Source of the DNA: Octopus bimaculoides
Taxonomy: Eukaryota
Assembly (NCBI RefSeq): GCF_001194135.2
Contig: NC_068984.1
Location: 49,677,009 to 49,741,008 of the forward strand
Length of the DNA stretch: 64,000 nt
Direction of reading: 5' to 3'
Part shown: one piece after another, positions 11,694-25,524 of the stretch
Numbering within the stretch: position 1 is the stretch's first letter
How the letters are laid out: each line of letters opens with the position of its first letter
Notes under the pieces: generated by a model
Told to the model about the DNA's origin: nothing
What the model saw: only the letters and a program-made list of their open reading frames with translations
The model's database searches: none
Position numbers and translations under genes: made by a program

Positions 11694-13810
11694 AAGACGT
11701 ATTTCATAATTTTTTTTTTTTTTTAATTTTTAGATCAAGGACTGTGACTATGCTGGGCATTGCCAACTGATGTTGCTAAACTTTCATTTATGTTTCTTTA
11801 ATAGTTGGCATTTGGTGAATGAGGGAGTTTGATGCTGCTGCACTCATTTCCAGCTCCTACCGTGAAGTTTGCTCATCTGGAACTCTTGACAGTAGGAGAT
11901 CCAGTTTAGTTCTGAACATATCTACATTCACACCATGTAAGTCTGACGTCTCCTTCGGAAGGATATTGAAGTGCTATAGACCCTTGAATCCCAAGCTATT
12001 GCAGTATCTGGTCGTAGGAAAGTGGTGTAAACCATTTAGAAATAATTTATCATATACTCTTTTACTTGTGTTAGATGTTGGACTTGCGGCTATACTGAAG
12101 CTCTGCTTTGTACGCTAACCGAACAGAAGGACTGAATACTTATTTTAAGTCTGGTATTTATTCTATCAGAGTCTTTTGCCGAACCGAAGTTTCAGAGACG
12201 TTAGTAAACCAGCACACACAATCAATCTTTTTTCCTTCATTGCATGTTATTAAAATCAGGGTAACCTTGGTTGTCTGTTATACATATTTATAGGTCTCGT
12301 GATATTTAGAAAATTGTCTACTGACAAAATTAGCAGGTTTGGAGGTAGTAGTTCTGAAAGAACGGAACACAAGGACAATGACTAGAAATTAAATAATAAA
12401 ACAAAAAGCGGTCCTCCTTAAGAATCATCATCCCAGTTTCTTGCAAGGTGATATGGTGATACTTCAGCTGTAATATCCCATGGTGATGGGCCGATGATAA
12501 CGTTTTAGTTGGAGGCGGGGTAATATTAGAAGACTGATACAATTCACTGACACATCCTCATCATCGCCGACTATGCCAAAACCACCACCATCAAAGCGTC
12601 CTGCTCCACAAACATCGGCACAACTACCATAACCACCACCACCATCATCATCAACACCAAACAGTATTACTGTCACCGCCAACACCAACCACCATCACAT
12701 TCATAATACTATCTACATGGTCGCTCGTCTTGCTCGAAATAACAGAGAAATACTTCAGTCACTCCCTCCTTTGTTAAATAATGATTATATATTGAAATGT
12801 TGACCTGATATAGAGGAAGACGAGATAATCACGCCCACAACATCTTTGATCATAGATTTGCTTAACCAAGGTTGATATCAGGCTCAACAACAACAGCATC
12901 ATTGACAATACTGTTAATTCTATAATATTTTGCAATATGATTGCTGTATATAATACCTATATAATTTTGCATTATAATAAATAATCTATATCATTATTGT
13001 AGCTTTCGTTAATTTTGGAACAGCGCAAATTCTTTGAAAGTTTCACGCTAAAGATGCATAGCAAAATTTATGTTGTCTCGTCTTAACTCTACAAATTATA
13101 TTCACTCTAAACTGGTGGTGACGATAGTGGTGAAGTTGTTGATTCTGCAGGTTGGCCTACTGTGTTGACAACTCTTCCATTGATCCCCCTGAAAGTTTTG
13201 CAGTTTTCACGTGCTATATTTTCCGGCATACAAGTCAACGTTATGTACAGTATAAACATTAAAACATCGTCACTATATTTCCAAATTCTGCTACATTTCA
13301 CATAAGGTGATCTACATTATTTTGACTTAAAATTTTGGTCTGAAAACTTCGACTTGTATTCCAGAAAATACTGTAGATAAGGGGGCAGCAATAAATTACA
13401 ACGATAGAGCGTCTACGAGTCATTCAACAAGCTAGCTAGAGTAGCCATGTCTCCCTAAGATAATACCGTTTTTGAAACACGGGAGACTAATGTAGTGCTA
13501 GATACTCGACATCTGAAACAGACAGGATGGTCATAACTGAAACAGTCTAATCAAGGCTGAGCTGGGAATAATAATAATAAAAAAACAAACAACAAAGACA
13601 AATAATAACAATAATGATAATAATAACAAGGCAGTTCGTAGTTGTTAAAATTTTATAAAAAAGGAAAATAAATTTCACAGTTCCCAGTTATGATTTATAA
13701 AATGAAAAAAAAAAAAAACTATGTAATTTTTTTTTTTACCAGTATCATTGATTTTTAAAAGTTTCATTGAGAAAGGTCAAAAAAAAAATCAAAAACATTT
13801 ATATACAACA

Positions 13811-13880
<70 letters not shown>

Positions 13881-14863
13881 TAACGCGCACACACACGCAC
13901 GCACACACACGCACGCACACACACACATACATCACACTTCACAATATATATATATATGTGTGTTTATTTTCTTTTCCAAAGCCACTCAAGACTTCGAATG
14001 TATGATGTGCTTTCAAGAGGGCGAAAAAAATTACACATTCACATCCCACACATGCATGTATGCACTTATATATACAATATAATAATGTGTGCGTATTATA
14101 TATAATTTACACGTGTGAGCATATATGTACACGCGCAAATGTAAATTTATATAAAATTTACATATGCATATATATATATTATACACATACATACATGCAA
14201 CTTTATGCTGTATAACATTTACATGCATATATGTATATATACACGTCTGTATATAAAATGCATGTACATATAGTTGTATGCATAAATTTATAGTGTATAT
14301 ATAAAGTTGCATGCATTGATTTATACATGCACACGTTTGTGTATATGTGTGTAAAAGATGCCAATGATGGCTGTTTTGTGGTCCCACTTTAGTCGAGTTG
14401 TGGTTTGCAGATGAATCATAATCATCTTAAAAAATATATAGTGAAATAGCAGTGACATAAAACTTTAAAAAAAGAAAAAACATTTATAAATAAAATACGT
14501 ACACAGATATTTAAGCTCGACAGTATATGAATAAGTGGAAATAAATATGCACACATTTTTAGTATGTAGTATACACATACGACTTTGGTGAAAGTATGTG
14601 TGTGTGTGTGTGTGTGTATGCGCATATATATATATATATATATCTCAAGGCCTGTTTTACAAAATGGAAGTTGAAAATGACCTCTGCAGAATAAAATAAA
14701 GTTTTAATGTAAATGTGTTTAGAAAAATTGAATTTACCTTTAATTATATTGTAAGCATGAAACTAACAATACTACTTTAGCTCCTTCCCTATTCTTTATT
14801 GAATTCATTGTCAAGATTATCTAAATTATCTCAACCTATTTATTTATATATATATATTTACAT

Positions 14864-15012
14864 GACGGGCTTCTTTCAGTTTCCATCTACCAGATATACT
14901 CACAAGGTTTTGGTCAGCTCGTGGCTATAGAAGACACTTGCCGAAGGTGCAACGCAATGAGACTGAACCCGGAACCATGTGGTTGGGAAGCAAGCTTCTT
15001 ACCACACAGTTA
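14864..15012 (-). mobile_element. SINE family A, 5' part
   Basis: gacgggcttctttcagtttcc...gactgaacccggaaccatgtggttgggaagcaagcttcttaccacacag, homologous to copies at 36370, 47820, 49546 and 51545. Confidence 0.8.
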
Positions 15013-15047
<35 letters not shown>

Positions 15048-15101
15048 GACAGAGAGAGAGAGAAATGTGTCTAAGAAATTCTGTTCTGGCANNNNNNNNN
15101 N

Positions 15102-15138
<37 letters not shown>

Positions 15139-18100
15139 ACCAATGTCAAGTTTGTTGTAATTGTTTTTTTAGATTTTGATTGTCAAACGTAAACAAATAT
15201 GGGGGATAAGACAAGGAAAATTTTATACGTTAAAAGAAAAAAAGAGAAGAAAGAAAATAAGCGGCGACTACATGTAGTCATTTCCAAATCAAGAAATACC
15301 TGAAGAAATAAGACATAAAAGATCATCATGATAAATCTGGAGCTGAAGTGTGGATTATATCTCCATACATTTGTTATTTGTAGGAGACAAAATTTCAACG
15401 GAATCATCATCATCATCGTCAATTACTGTCTGAAAATTTAGTCGTGATTAAAGGAACGTTTCAGCATGAAACATTTCACTTAAAAAACCTAATGAATGGA
15501 TGTTATATTGGATTGTTAAACTGAAGTTTTACGAGAGAGAGCGGGGGAGGGAGACGGAAATTTACACGATTTCTAATATTAAGAAAGATTAAATGTCTAA
15601 GAGTAAACGTCTAAGATTACCAATTTTCGAATTATTAATCTCTTTTAATGTACGTACATCAGTAGCCGTGTGGGTCAGATCATTACTTTCTATCCTTTAT
15701 TTAGAAGTAGAGTTTTCTAGATCAACCTGGAACTTTATACACATCAGGAATAAAAACATCAAATGACGTCGGATATCAGACTGATCGAAACGTTGGGCAG
15801 ATGTTCATTCAAACAAAATATTCTGCTCTAAAAATGAGGTTAATAGTCCGAGGACTTCTACTCATTTGAGTAAATCTTGCTTAGCTTCATATTTCTCATA
15901 ACCATTCTCGCCTTTTTTTTTTTCTTCTTTAATCATGAATAATATACCTATGACTATACGTGTCCTCCCCTCCTTCACCATTTTCATTTGCAATTTGGAT
16001 GATTTGGCTGCAAGTGATAGTTAGTTTGATCATGCACTCGATGTACGGATTCCTAAAATAATCACATGTTGGTGATATGTAATTACAGCTATTTTTTGTT
16101 TCCATGGAAACCGATAACATGAGGTACATGCAATGATTTTTCTTTTTTTAGCAACAGATAGCAAATTTTCTGGTTTGAGAATGTTTATTTTCAAAAGATA
16201 TCGATATATTTCACCTTGCATACTTCCGATGTGAATAAAAATGAAAATCGCACTAAAGAGATTACATGACAGTTGATGAAATCAGATTTACGGAAGCTGT
16301 AGTCACATAGAAATTTTGTTTACATAATAAATGTCTCTAAACACAAACCAAATGTAACGGCGTTGTTTTTGAAATATGTCGGCATTGGTTATTTGGCAAA
16401 AATTTAAAATTCTTTGATTTTTAAATGGAATACCTTGATCTTTGGATATAGAAAAGGTCGCTAAGTTTACAAATAACTAAAGCGTTTTTTTTTTTTATCT
16501 CATGACATTTTTTTCTCCACTTATTGTAAATAAATTCTTGTGATGGCTTTGAATAATTTAATATCTTGTAATTTGGCACCCAACGATTTCTGAAGTGTTA
16601 AAATTCACGTCTTCCCTGCAGTTTTTAAGTTTTACCTCAATGGAAATGGCGCCAATGATCCCACTTGGTAAGTAAAACTACAGAAGCATCCTTCAACAGA
16701 AAATTTATGGCAGAAAACATTTTCCCAAAGTGCCTTGTACTTCGGGATCGAAACTGAAGCCACATGACTGAAAAACGACCTTTTTAACATGCCTATAGAT
16801 TACAAGAGGTGTGCGTGTCTCAAAGCTTCGTTGCCAATTAGGTGGGGGAGGAAGTTGAAAAGACCGTCACATGGATTAGTGCTATTGATAGTTTATGTCA
16901 GCAATAGTAATAGCAGAGTTTTAAAGAATATCTACATTGTGGTGCCGTGAAATAAAATAAAAACTAACATTTCGGGCAGAGTACAATTCTTCACACAGCA
17001 CAACATACACCATTTTTAGATTGTAGTTAGCAAAAACTTGCAGCGATATCGTGTATTTTCACAAGAGCAATTAGAATTATTAATTTTTCTTAAGTTAGTA
17101 TTTTTTCTGAATAACCTCAAACTATTAAAATTTAGCCAACTTTTGGCTTTATATCATTTTGTTGCATTTAATACTTTAACAACAAATTTAACAAGAACCC
17201 TGATTCTTGGTCACCAATGTATGTCGTAAATACTATGAGTTTACCGGAGACCAACACTGATAATAAGAATTTCTAACATAGCCACAAAGTAACTTAATTT
17301 AAAAAAGCGTGTCGAATAGTATTATATATTTCCGTTCATTGATTTGGACATAGCAACCTATATTTTGGACTTAATCAGGTGACCAAACAATGAATATTGC
17401 AATCTCACTTTTCTGAGTTCGAATTACAGTTTTAAATTTTGCTTGTCATGTCTTAGAAACCGTAAAATAAGCTCCAGTAATATGCTAGTGATCCAAAGAA
17501 AATCCACCACAATAGGGGCCCCTAAACCATATGCTATCATTCTTATAACGTCCTCGGACTTTAATCAAGATTAATATCCTTAACCCACGGTCAATAGCAA
17601 AGTAGTGCTTTATGGAGGGAATTCTTAAACAAAACTCCATCCCCGATAGAAAAGGAAAATATAAAAGGTGTTTGATGAAAAAAAAAAAAAAATCAAGAGA
17701 AAATTATGGAGGATGGTGTGCAGGTGGCAGCGTGTCAATGTTTGCTTTGATACCCGTTTTAGTTAGAAACTTGAATACAGTTAGAGACTTGAAAATACTA
17801 CTCTGTAAAAATGTGTTCATTGTTAAGGAGAAAATTGTGGTAATGGAACTCAAGATATTTCTTTTTCTTGGTTTATTATCGAAAGTTAACAGATGATAAC
17901 CTCGGTAGTTCGATAGAATGGCCGACTCATTTTCAGTTACTTGCAATGAGCAAAATAATTATTTAAGATATCCAGTGATCCAATCAGGTTAGCTTCTAAG
18001 TAATATTGGAGACATTTTGTAATAGTTAGGAGCTTCAGCAGCTAAGCTATGGCCGGTATACAAGTAAGAATGGCGATTATTTTTGTGCGTATTTTTTAGG

Positions 18101-18305
18101 AGTAAATATATCCTTGTACGCACAAGAATTTACCATACAGCTAAACATTCTCCAATGCACTCAATCAGACAATAATAAAGACATAAACATTTGAAAATCT
18201 GTCAATCTTACTGGGAATTGTTTTTACCTGTATATCTTTTAGAAGAAACCAAAGTATGTGGGGAAAATGACCACCATCAATATATTTTCTAGCCAGAACT
18301 TCTAC

Positions 18306-18872
18306 GGGATCTTTTTTAAAACGGGGGCCACATTTTTCATTAATGTTTTACATAGTGTTTTTGGTACCGAAAGACTTTCAAACTTCGTATACTTATCTAT
18401 TTTGTGTTATAGAACAGAAAAATATTTTTGTATTCGAATTTATTTCATGTAAAAAATTGTCTTATTTCGATAATTTCAACCAATCACTGACGTCCATTCA
18501 GCCGATATACATTAAGTGCCGACTACATAAACAAACGATTCCTCGTTTTATTTGCTTTTTTCATTTTAAATTTGCTTTAACCCTAACCCTAACCCTAACT
18601 CTAACCCTACGGTTAGGGTTAGGGTTGGGGTTAATTGTTTCAGAATCGTTTGTTTATGTAGTCGGCACTTAATGTATATCGGCTGAATGGACGTCAGTGA
18701 TTGGTTGAAATTACAGAAATACGACAACTTTAACATGGAATAATTTATGGATTTCTTTTTTTTTAAGAAGACTAAGAGAAAAAGATGTTTTATATGACAC
18801 ATTCTACCAGTGTTCCAAATTTCAAAGTGTTTCGTTAATGAAAAATGTGGCCCCCGTTTTAAAAAAGATCCC
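18306..18872. mobile_element. 567-bp MITE: 38-bp perfect TIRs, 6-bp TSD, 71-bp perfect inner inverted arms, telomeric-repeat core
   Basis: TIR GGGATCTTTTTTAAAACGGGGGCCACATTTTTCATTAA at 18306-18343 and its reverse complement at 18835-18872. TSD TTCTAC at 18300-18305 and 18873-18878. Inner arms at 18471-18541 and 18643-18713. (TAACCC)~5 and (GGTTAG)~4 at 18578-18633. Confidence 0.92.
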
Positions 18873-20132
18873 TTCTACGATTTTTTAAAAACTGATTTAA
18901 GCCCTCAGTAGTTTGCTGGGATTCTAATTTAGTTTTCATAATTTAAACTCCTTTATAATTACTACTAGATATTGATATAAAAAGAAAGGTGGGGTGGCAA
19001 ACATTTTGAGCACCGGATTACACTTGGTCTAGAGTTTCAAATTAGCTAAAGTTAACTTTGCTTTTTATCTCATGGCCTTGGATAAAAAATATATACCACA
19101 ATAGTTTCAGATGATTATATTTCATTTTCACGAATCTGTGTTCGTGTGCCAACTTCAAAATATCGTTCACTGGGCTATATTCACAAACTAGACTTAATCT
19201 CTGGTAATATGCATTTTATCATGTGATAACGCCCGAAAGAAAGCCACATAGTAATAGTAGCAGTAAAATGAAAGCTTCCATACTTAATGCGGTAAACTGC
19301 AGTAGAAATTAGTTATAATACAAATAAAAGTTATTAGCGTTATTGAAAACACTCTCAAAGAGGCAAGGAAGAAAATAGTAAATTCTAACTCACCCAAAAA
19401 TTAAATGGAGATCTTTAGGTGGTTAAGTCCATTTAATTTTTACTAGGTATGGCAACAATTGCAGACAAATTTATAGTACTAGTTTATCATCCAATTAGCT
19501 GTGACCATACCATCTTTTTATATATCGTGTATGGCATAGATCTGTGGAATCATCGTTTTATAAGACGATAAGGTGTGGTTTCAGAGAGATCTAGCAGCTA
19601 TTTTTAGCAGGTTAAGTGATCGCATAGGGAAACGCCCGTTGGATACTGTTAAATCTGTTTTTCTAAGAAATCCTTACTATTATCATCCTTTGATAAATTA
19701 GACTGGATAATTTTTACACTTCATTTTACAACCTCCAAACAACGTTATTAATTTCAACATAGGTTAGTATTTTTTTATTTTATAACTTTGAGATTGTTGA
19801 AAGAAGTATATTGCCCCACCACTAAAAAGTGGCTAAAATTAGGGTCAACTGCCAAAACTTATGCAAAATAAATGAAAATTAAATAAATTTAAAATGAATT
19901 AACAATTTAGATATATTTTAAGCTTAAATGTCGAGTATAGATACAGAAGACTGGAGGTGACTTTTAGTTTTAAACATTTATGAAAACTTTTTCAGTCTAT
20001 CCCTGACTAATGATAAAAGGTTTCATCTTAGATATTTAGATTTTTTTTTCTTTTTTAATGAAAACAGTATAGCTGAGAAATCAACAAATATAATACTGGT
20101 GCTACTAATGAGAATTTCTTTCTACTTTAAGT

Positions 20133-20680
20133 ACAAGGCCTGAAATTTGTTGGGCAGAAGCCTAATCGATTACATCAATCTCAATAGTTGACCGGTACTT
20201 ATTTTATCGACCCCGGAAAAATGAAAGGCAAAGATGACCTCAGAGGAATTTGAACTCATAACAAAACCGAACGAAATGTCACTAAGCATCTTGCTTCGTT
20301 AGCACATCGGACAAAACGTTTAGCAGCACGTCTTTCGGGTTTATGCTCTGAGTTCAAATTCTTCCGAGGTCGACTTCGCCTCTCATCCTTTCGGATTCGA
20401 TAAAATAAATTACCAATTAAGTACTGGGGTCGATGTAATCGACTTACTCCCTCCTCCATATTCATGGCCTAGTGTCAACATCTGAAACTAAGAATTTCTT
20501 ACATCGACACAACCTCCAAAATTTGTGGAGAGTGGAACAGTACTTGACAGGTACTTAATTTTATCCCATCCCGAAGGATGACAAGCAAAGCTGAGCCTAG
20601 CTGGATTTGAACTCAGAAAATATAAAACTCTAACATATATCGCAAGGCACTTTGATGCACTAACGATTCTGCTAAGCCAT
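20133..20680. mobile_element. Three SINE family B copies in alternating orientation (-,+,-)
   Basis: Minus copy about 20133-20290, plus copy about 20296-20485, minus copy about 20505-20680, recognised from gagttcaaatt/atttgaactc and gtcgatgtaatcgac motifs. Confidence 0.7.
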
Positions 20681-21843
20681 ATAACAGCGATGTCTAACAT
20701 CTGCACAAAGACACACATTTCGTGGGGCGGGAAACAGTTAATTATATGAAATTTCAATACTTGACAAGTACTTTATTTCTGTAATTCCCACCAAGAAATA
20801 TGAACAGCAATTCGCACCTCAGCAGAATTTTAACTCAGAACGTAAATGGACGATACTCAATACTGTGAAGCAATTTTTCAAAAGCAATTTTTCGTTTTGC
20901 TTGGTCTACCATAAAATCTTGCTCCGCTGTACAACTGCGAATTGAGTATTTACCTGGGTCCCCAAATTTCCTCCATTCTCTGGACATGTCCAAACTGGCG
21001 ACAATTTCATTATATCGCCACTTTTTCGATGATAGATAGCTAAGCTTTCTCTAGGATGCGATGTTCCTAACATTGTCTTTCTACGAGATATGATCCGTAA
21101 TCATAAATGCATTTAGTTTTGTTTTTACTTGTTTTGTGGTAGATCGTCCACACGTCCGAGTTATATAATACAGTGGGTAATAAAACTTTACACTTCACTT
21201 GAACCAACACATGCTCGTCGAGGACGATAAGATAATATACCACAGTCAATATCCTAATCTAGTTACTAATCGTGTCCACTACCATATCTAATTGTATTGC
21301 TGAGACAGAGGAAGTAAAATGCTTCTACCAGCTCCCGGCAACTACTAAGTTATATTATACTTTCCTTGTACTGGAGATAAGGGCACAACACACACATATA
21401 TAAATATATAGGCATGCCCGTAGTGTATATAGATATTTGTTAATGTTTTAAGTGTATATTTAAGTGTGCATGTATATTCCAAAGTGAAATATAACACATA
21501 GGTTACATTCTTTTGTGAATATGTATGTTAGCTGAGTATAAACACACATATATTTACATAAGTGAAAAAAAGTGCAGACGAATACTCAAGCAGTTCAGGT
21601 GTGTACACAGTAAAGAAAAAAAACACAAACAAACAAAAAAACACTCAACACTGATCACAGCTAGTTCGTAAGTTCAATACCAACAGTTGGATTGTTTTAA
21701 ATCACATTCGTGTGTGCGAGTGTCATCGTTTAATGCCGTAACATCAATCTTTTGTTTTCTTGAAATACACACACACACACACACACACACACAGTGTTTG
21801 TGTATGATTTTGTGCGTGTGTATATTGTTTCATACATTTGCAA

Positions 21844-21883
<40 letters not shown>

Positions 21884-22003
21884 NNNNNNNNNNNNNNNNN
21901 NNNNNNNNNNNNNNNNNNNNNNNNNNNNNNNNNNNNNNNNNNNNNNNNNNTATAATAGTGGATTTTCATCGATGAGTTTTTGAAAATTGGTTATTTTCCC
22001 TAA

Positions 22004-22037
<34 letters not shown>

Positions 22038-22072
22038 CACATATACATACATGCTATCTATGCACATAACAG

Positions 22073-22103
<31 letters not shown>

Positions 22104-23355
22104 AATATATATATATGTATATGCACACACACATACATACATGCATACATACATACACACGTCACACATACATATATACATGTCTGCATATGAAAGTACA
22201 CATGAACATATGTATATTATTGAATATACCTATCAGTGTGCGTATATACTTAATTGTGTGAATTGCATAACACAAACACACAAAAAAACCTTGTGAAACG
22301 TAAGTCTCCCAGGCTCTGGGAAAAGACAGTTAAATAATGCCTTATTTAAGTGATACCTTGTCTATATGATGTATATGCTTGTGCTCATATATTATCCACA
22401 TACACTAACACACACATACACACTCACACGCGCGCAACACACACACACACACAATTATGTGCATGCATGTCATAGTTTGGAGATGTCTGTGTATTTAAAC
22501 CTCTCTGTTCTCATTTAAAATATTCACAAATTGGAAAATTGTCCTATTATATATTTCAATGTGCTTTCTTTTTAAAAAATATATTAAAGAAAAAACACAC
22601 TTAAAAAAACAACCCAAACTTCTCATACAAAAAATATAAAATTTCAGCAACTCACCCCAGCATCTACCTTTTAAAAAAACAACAAAAGAAAACCCACAAA
22701 AAAAACCGGAAATTATATACATCTACTGGGTTTTTTTGTGTTATCTTTTCCTCTGAGAGNNNNNNNNNNNNNNNNNNNNNNNNNNNNNNNNNNNNNNNNN
22801 NNNNNNNNNNNNNNNNNNNNNNNNNNNNNNNNNNNNNNNNNNNNNNNNNNNNNNNNNNNNNNNNNNNNNNNNNNNNNNNNNNNNNNNNNNNNNNNNNNNN
22901 NNNNNNNNNNNNNNNNNNNNNNNNNNNNNNNNNNNNNNNNNNNNNNNNNNNNNNNNNNNNNNNNNNNNNNNNNNNNNNNNNNNNNNNNNNNNNNNNNNNN
23001 NNNNNNNNNNNNNNNNNNNNNNNNNNNNNNNNNNNNNNNNNNNNNNNNNNNNNNNNNNNNNNNNNNNNNNNNNNNNNNNNNNNNNNNNNNNNNNNNNNNN
23101 NNNNNNNNNNNNNNNNNNNNNNNNNNNNNNNNNNNNNNNNNNNNNNNNNNNNNNNNNNNNNNNNNNNNNNNNNNNNNNNNNNNNNNNNNNNNNNNNNNNN
23201 NNNNNNNNNNNNNNNNNNNNNNNNNNNNNNNNNNNNNNNNNNNNNNNNNNNNNNNNNNNNNNNNNNNNNNNNNNNNNNNNNNNNNNNNNNNNNNNNNNNN
23301 NNNNNNNNNNNNNNNNNNNNNNNNNNNNNNNNNNNNNNNNNNNNNNNNNNNNNNN

Positions 23356-23386
<31 letters not shown>

Positions 23387-23411
23387 TTTAATTACTAGAC
23401 GTGTCAATATT

Positions 23412-23417
23412 TTTATT
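23412..23417 (-). promoter_or_regulatory. Candidate polyadenylation signal AATAAA just past the SLCO stop
   Basis: tttatt on the + strand, 17 nt beyond the stop codon. The context is very AT-rich, so a chance match is likely. Confidence 0.2.
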
Positions 23418-23434
23418 AATTATTAGGTAAAATT

Positions 23435-23823
23435 TCAGGACGTAAAAGACTTAGTTGGACTAGGAACATCTTCCATCAGAGTCCTTTCGCACTGACTATT
23501 GTCATCATCTAAGCATGTCTGCATACTGTTCGCGTGTTTAACTTTAGATGGTGGCCTCTGGCTGAATGTTGAAAGAGCTGATGATGTACTGTCACTGGCT
23601 AAATTTACAGGATTCGATGCTGGTGCAGCTTTGTACATGAGCAGCGCTAGAAAGAAAAACAAACAAGAAAGTGCCTTGACGACCAGGGTGAGAGCCATTA
23701 GATAGAGACCCATCCGTTCGTTGTCATAGACGTAACAGGAACCGTTCTCTTGGCAAGTCTGTTGCCAAAACTGGCAGGTCAGATCTATCATTTTACCAAA
23801 CATGATCGGTCCAGGTATGGATC
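23435..23823 (-). CDS. SLCO4A1-like: OATP/SLCO terminal exon: SIPGPIMFGKMIDLTC...KSFTS*
   Basis: Acceptor CTTACAG at 23825-23824, phase 1. IPGPIxFGxxIDxxC...CxxYDN motif. TGA stop at 23437-23435. Extends ORF 23435..23803 upstream. Confidence 0.96.
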
Positions 23824-25286
23824 CTGTAAGAAATTGATAAAAATGAATAAAGTTATTTTATTTTGGTAGCACAGAAAAACAGTTATTTCTGAAAATTAAT
23901 ATTCTCTGCCATGCATTTTCTGAACAATAATGTTATTAGATTTCTAACCAGCTACTAATCATTGATTCACTATATTTTCATCGGCCTTTTTTATAGCTTA
24001 TAGGCATATGTTTCAACGATACAAACACACACGTTATACATGCATACACACACAAACACACACTTACGTACATGTACACAAATATAGAAACTACACACAA
24101 ATGCAGCTATCCATCTAGCCATCTTCTATGCCAACTATTCCTGAAAGGGTTGTGTAGAGTAGAGTCCTAAGAAGTAACCGGTGACTGGAAGCAATCCAGC
24201 GACCAGCTGGATTCCCAAGCGTGACCAACTGAGACTATGGATATTATCCAGTTACTTTATTCTTCGTCTACACTTAAGTCACCTGCTGGTTGGCTCGGCT
24301 AGAAGAATCCATTTTGCGATTCTTTCTTGCAATATTCTAATTTAATCATATTCGTAGCACTGAAGCTGTGTCTTCTCAATGCAGAGAAGCAGCGGCTCGA
24401 CCAAGAGAGACCTCCTGATATCCAAACTACATATCCTGTCAAGTAACGTTACTTCAGAGATCTTTCGGAGGAACCTCGTTTCGGACGTTTGTATTCATGA
24501 TGGCACACTTTTGGTCATAACCCAACAGTCATGGCTATAGGTGAGGGTAGGCACAAAATCCAAATTGAAAACAGTGAGCTTGGCATTTTAACCAACCCCT
24601 CCTTCTTTCAGGGTTGGATACTGGAGCTGGTGCATTATTGTGTCAACATCTGCAATTCTAGCATCCAGTCCTCCTGAGTGGGGTCGTTGCTGAGTGCTGC
24701 AACGTAGGATGAGAATTAGTGTTGAAACAGATATTGGTCATCTCAAGAACGCCTTCCCAGTGCACGCTGCATGTGAATGAAATACTACTGAAATAAGTGG
24801 AGAAATTTACGTGTCTCGTTACCGTATTCATATATGAGCTATGTTAGTAAATATTTAGGTAACACACACACACACACACACACAAGAAGTGAGGTTATAA
24901 TAAAGATAATTGCTAACTGTGCAAAAGTATCGAAGCCGAAGCTCGATGGTTATCTATTGCACCCATGTTGGAAAAAAATTTCTCCAACGGGAAAATAGGA
25001 GAAAATCTATTCAACCGTGTTACCATGAGAAATTTGTTTAAAAAGTAATAAAAATAAATACTGAAACAGTGCTAATATCCTACTGATAGTAGCTATATTG
25101 ATCTAAGTTATATAAAAAGTAGGTTAGAAAACAGGATTTTGATAAAATATTACACTAGAGATCAAAGTATTTTCTTGAATGATATTTAGATTCTTACAAA
25201 AGGTAACAAAAAAGAAATTATGACAAAAACAAGACATGAATTTTCGTAACAGTGGAGATGTCTGGTAATTAGTAACTGAAACTCAC

Positions 25287-25524
25287 CAAAACACCGGGCC
25301 AAGATCCATTGTATTCCTAGACCAAAGGATCGTTGCTTCTGTGGAACACATCGTAGTGTTGCTGTTAGTGCTGGCATACTAATGGTAAATGTTATTAACA
25401 TGATCATGGCGAAGAATGGCATGAACAATGACAAATGATTGCACTGGTTTGGACATTTGCCGGAAACGGCAACATAATCGAACTTCGAGTTGTTTGACTG
25501 AATACAACTGCAGTTGGCGTATTT
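25287..25524 (-). CDS. SLCO4A1-like: OATP/SLCO exon: KYANCSCIQSNNSKFDYVAVSGKCPNQCNHLSLFMPFF...LRCVPQKQRSFGLGIQWILARCF(G)
   Basis: Acceptor CTTACAG at 25526-25525, donor GTGAGT at 25286. 238 nt, phase 0 to phase 1. Motifs YxNCSCI, GKC and LRCV...RSFxLGIQW. Confidence 0.95.

Noticed and set aside
18578-18633. Telomere-telomere fusion scar
   Set aside because: The order is (TAACCC)n then (GGTTAG)n, the opposite of a fusion, and it lies inside a TIR/TSD-bounded element.
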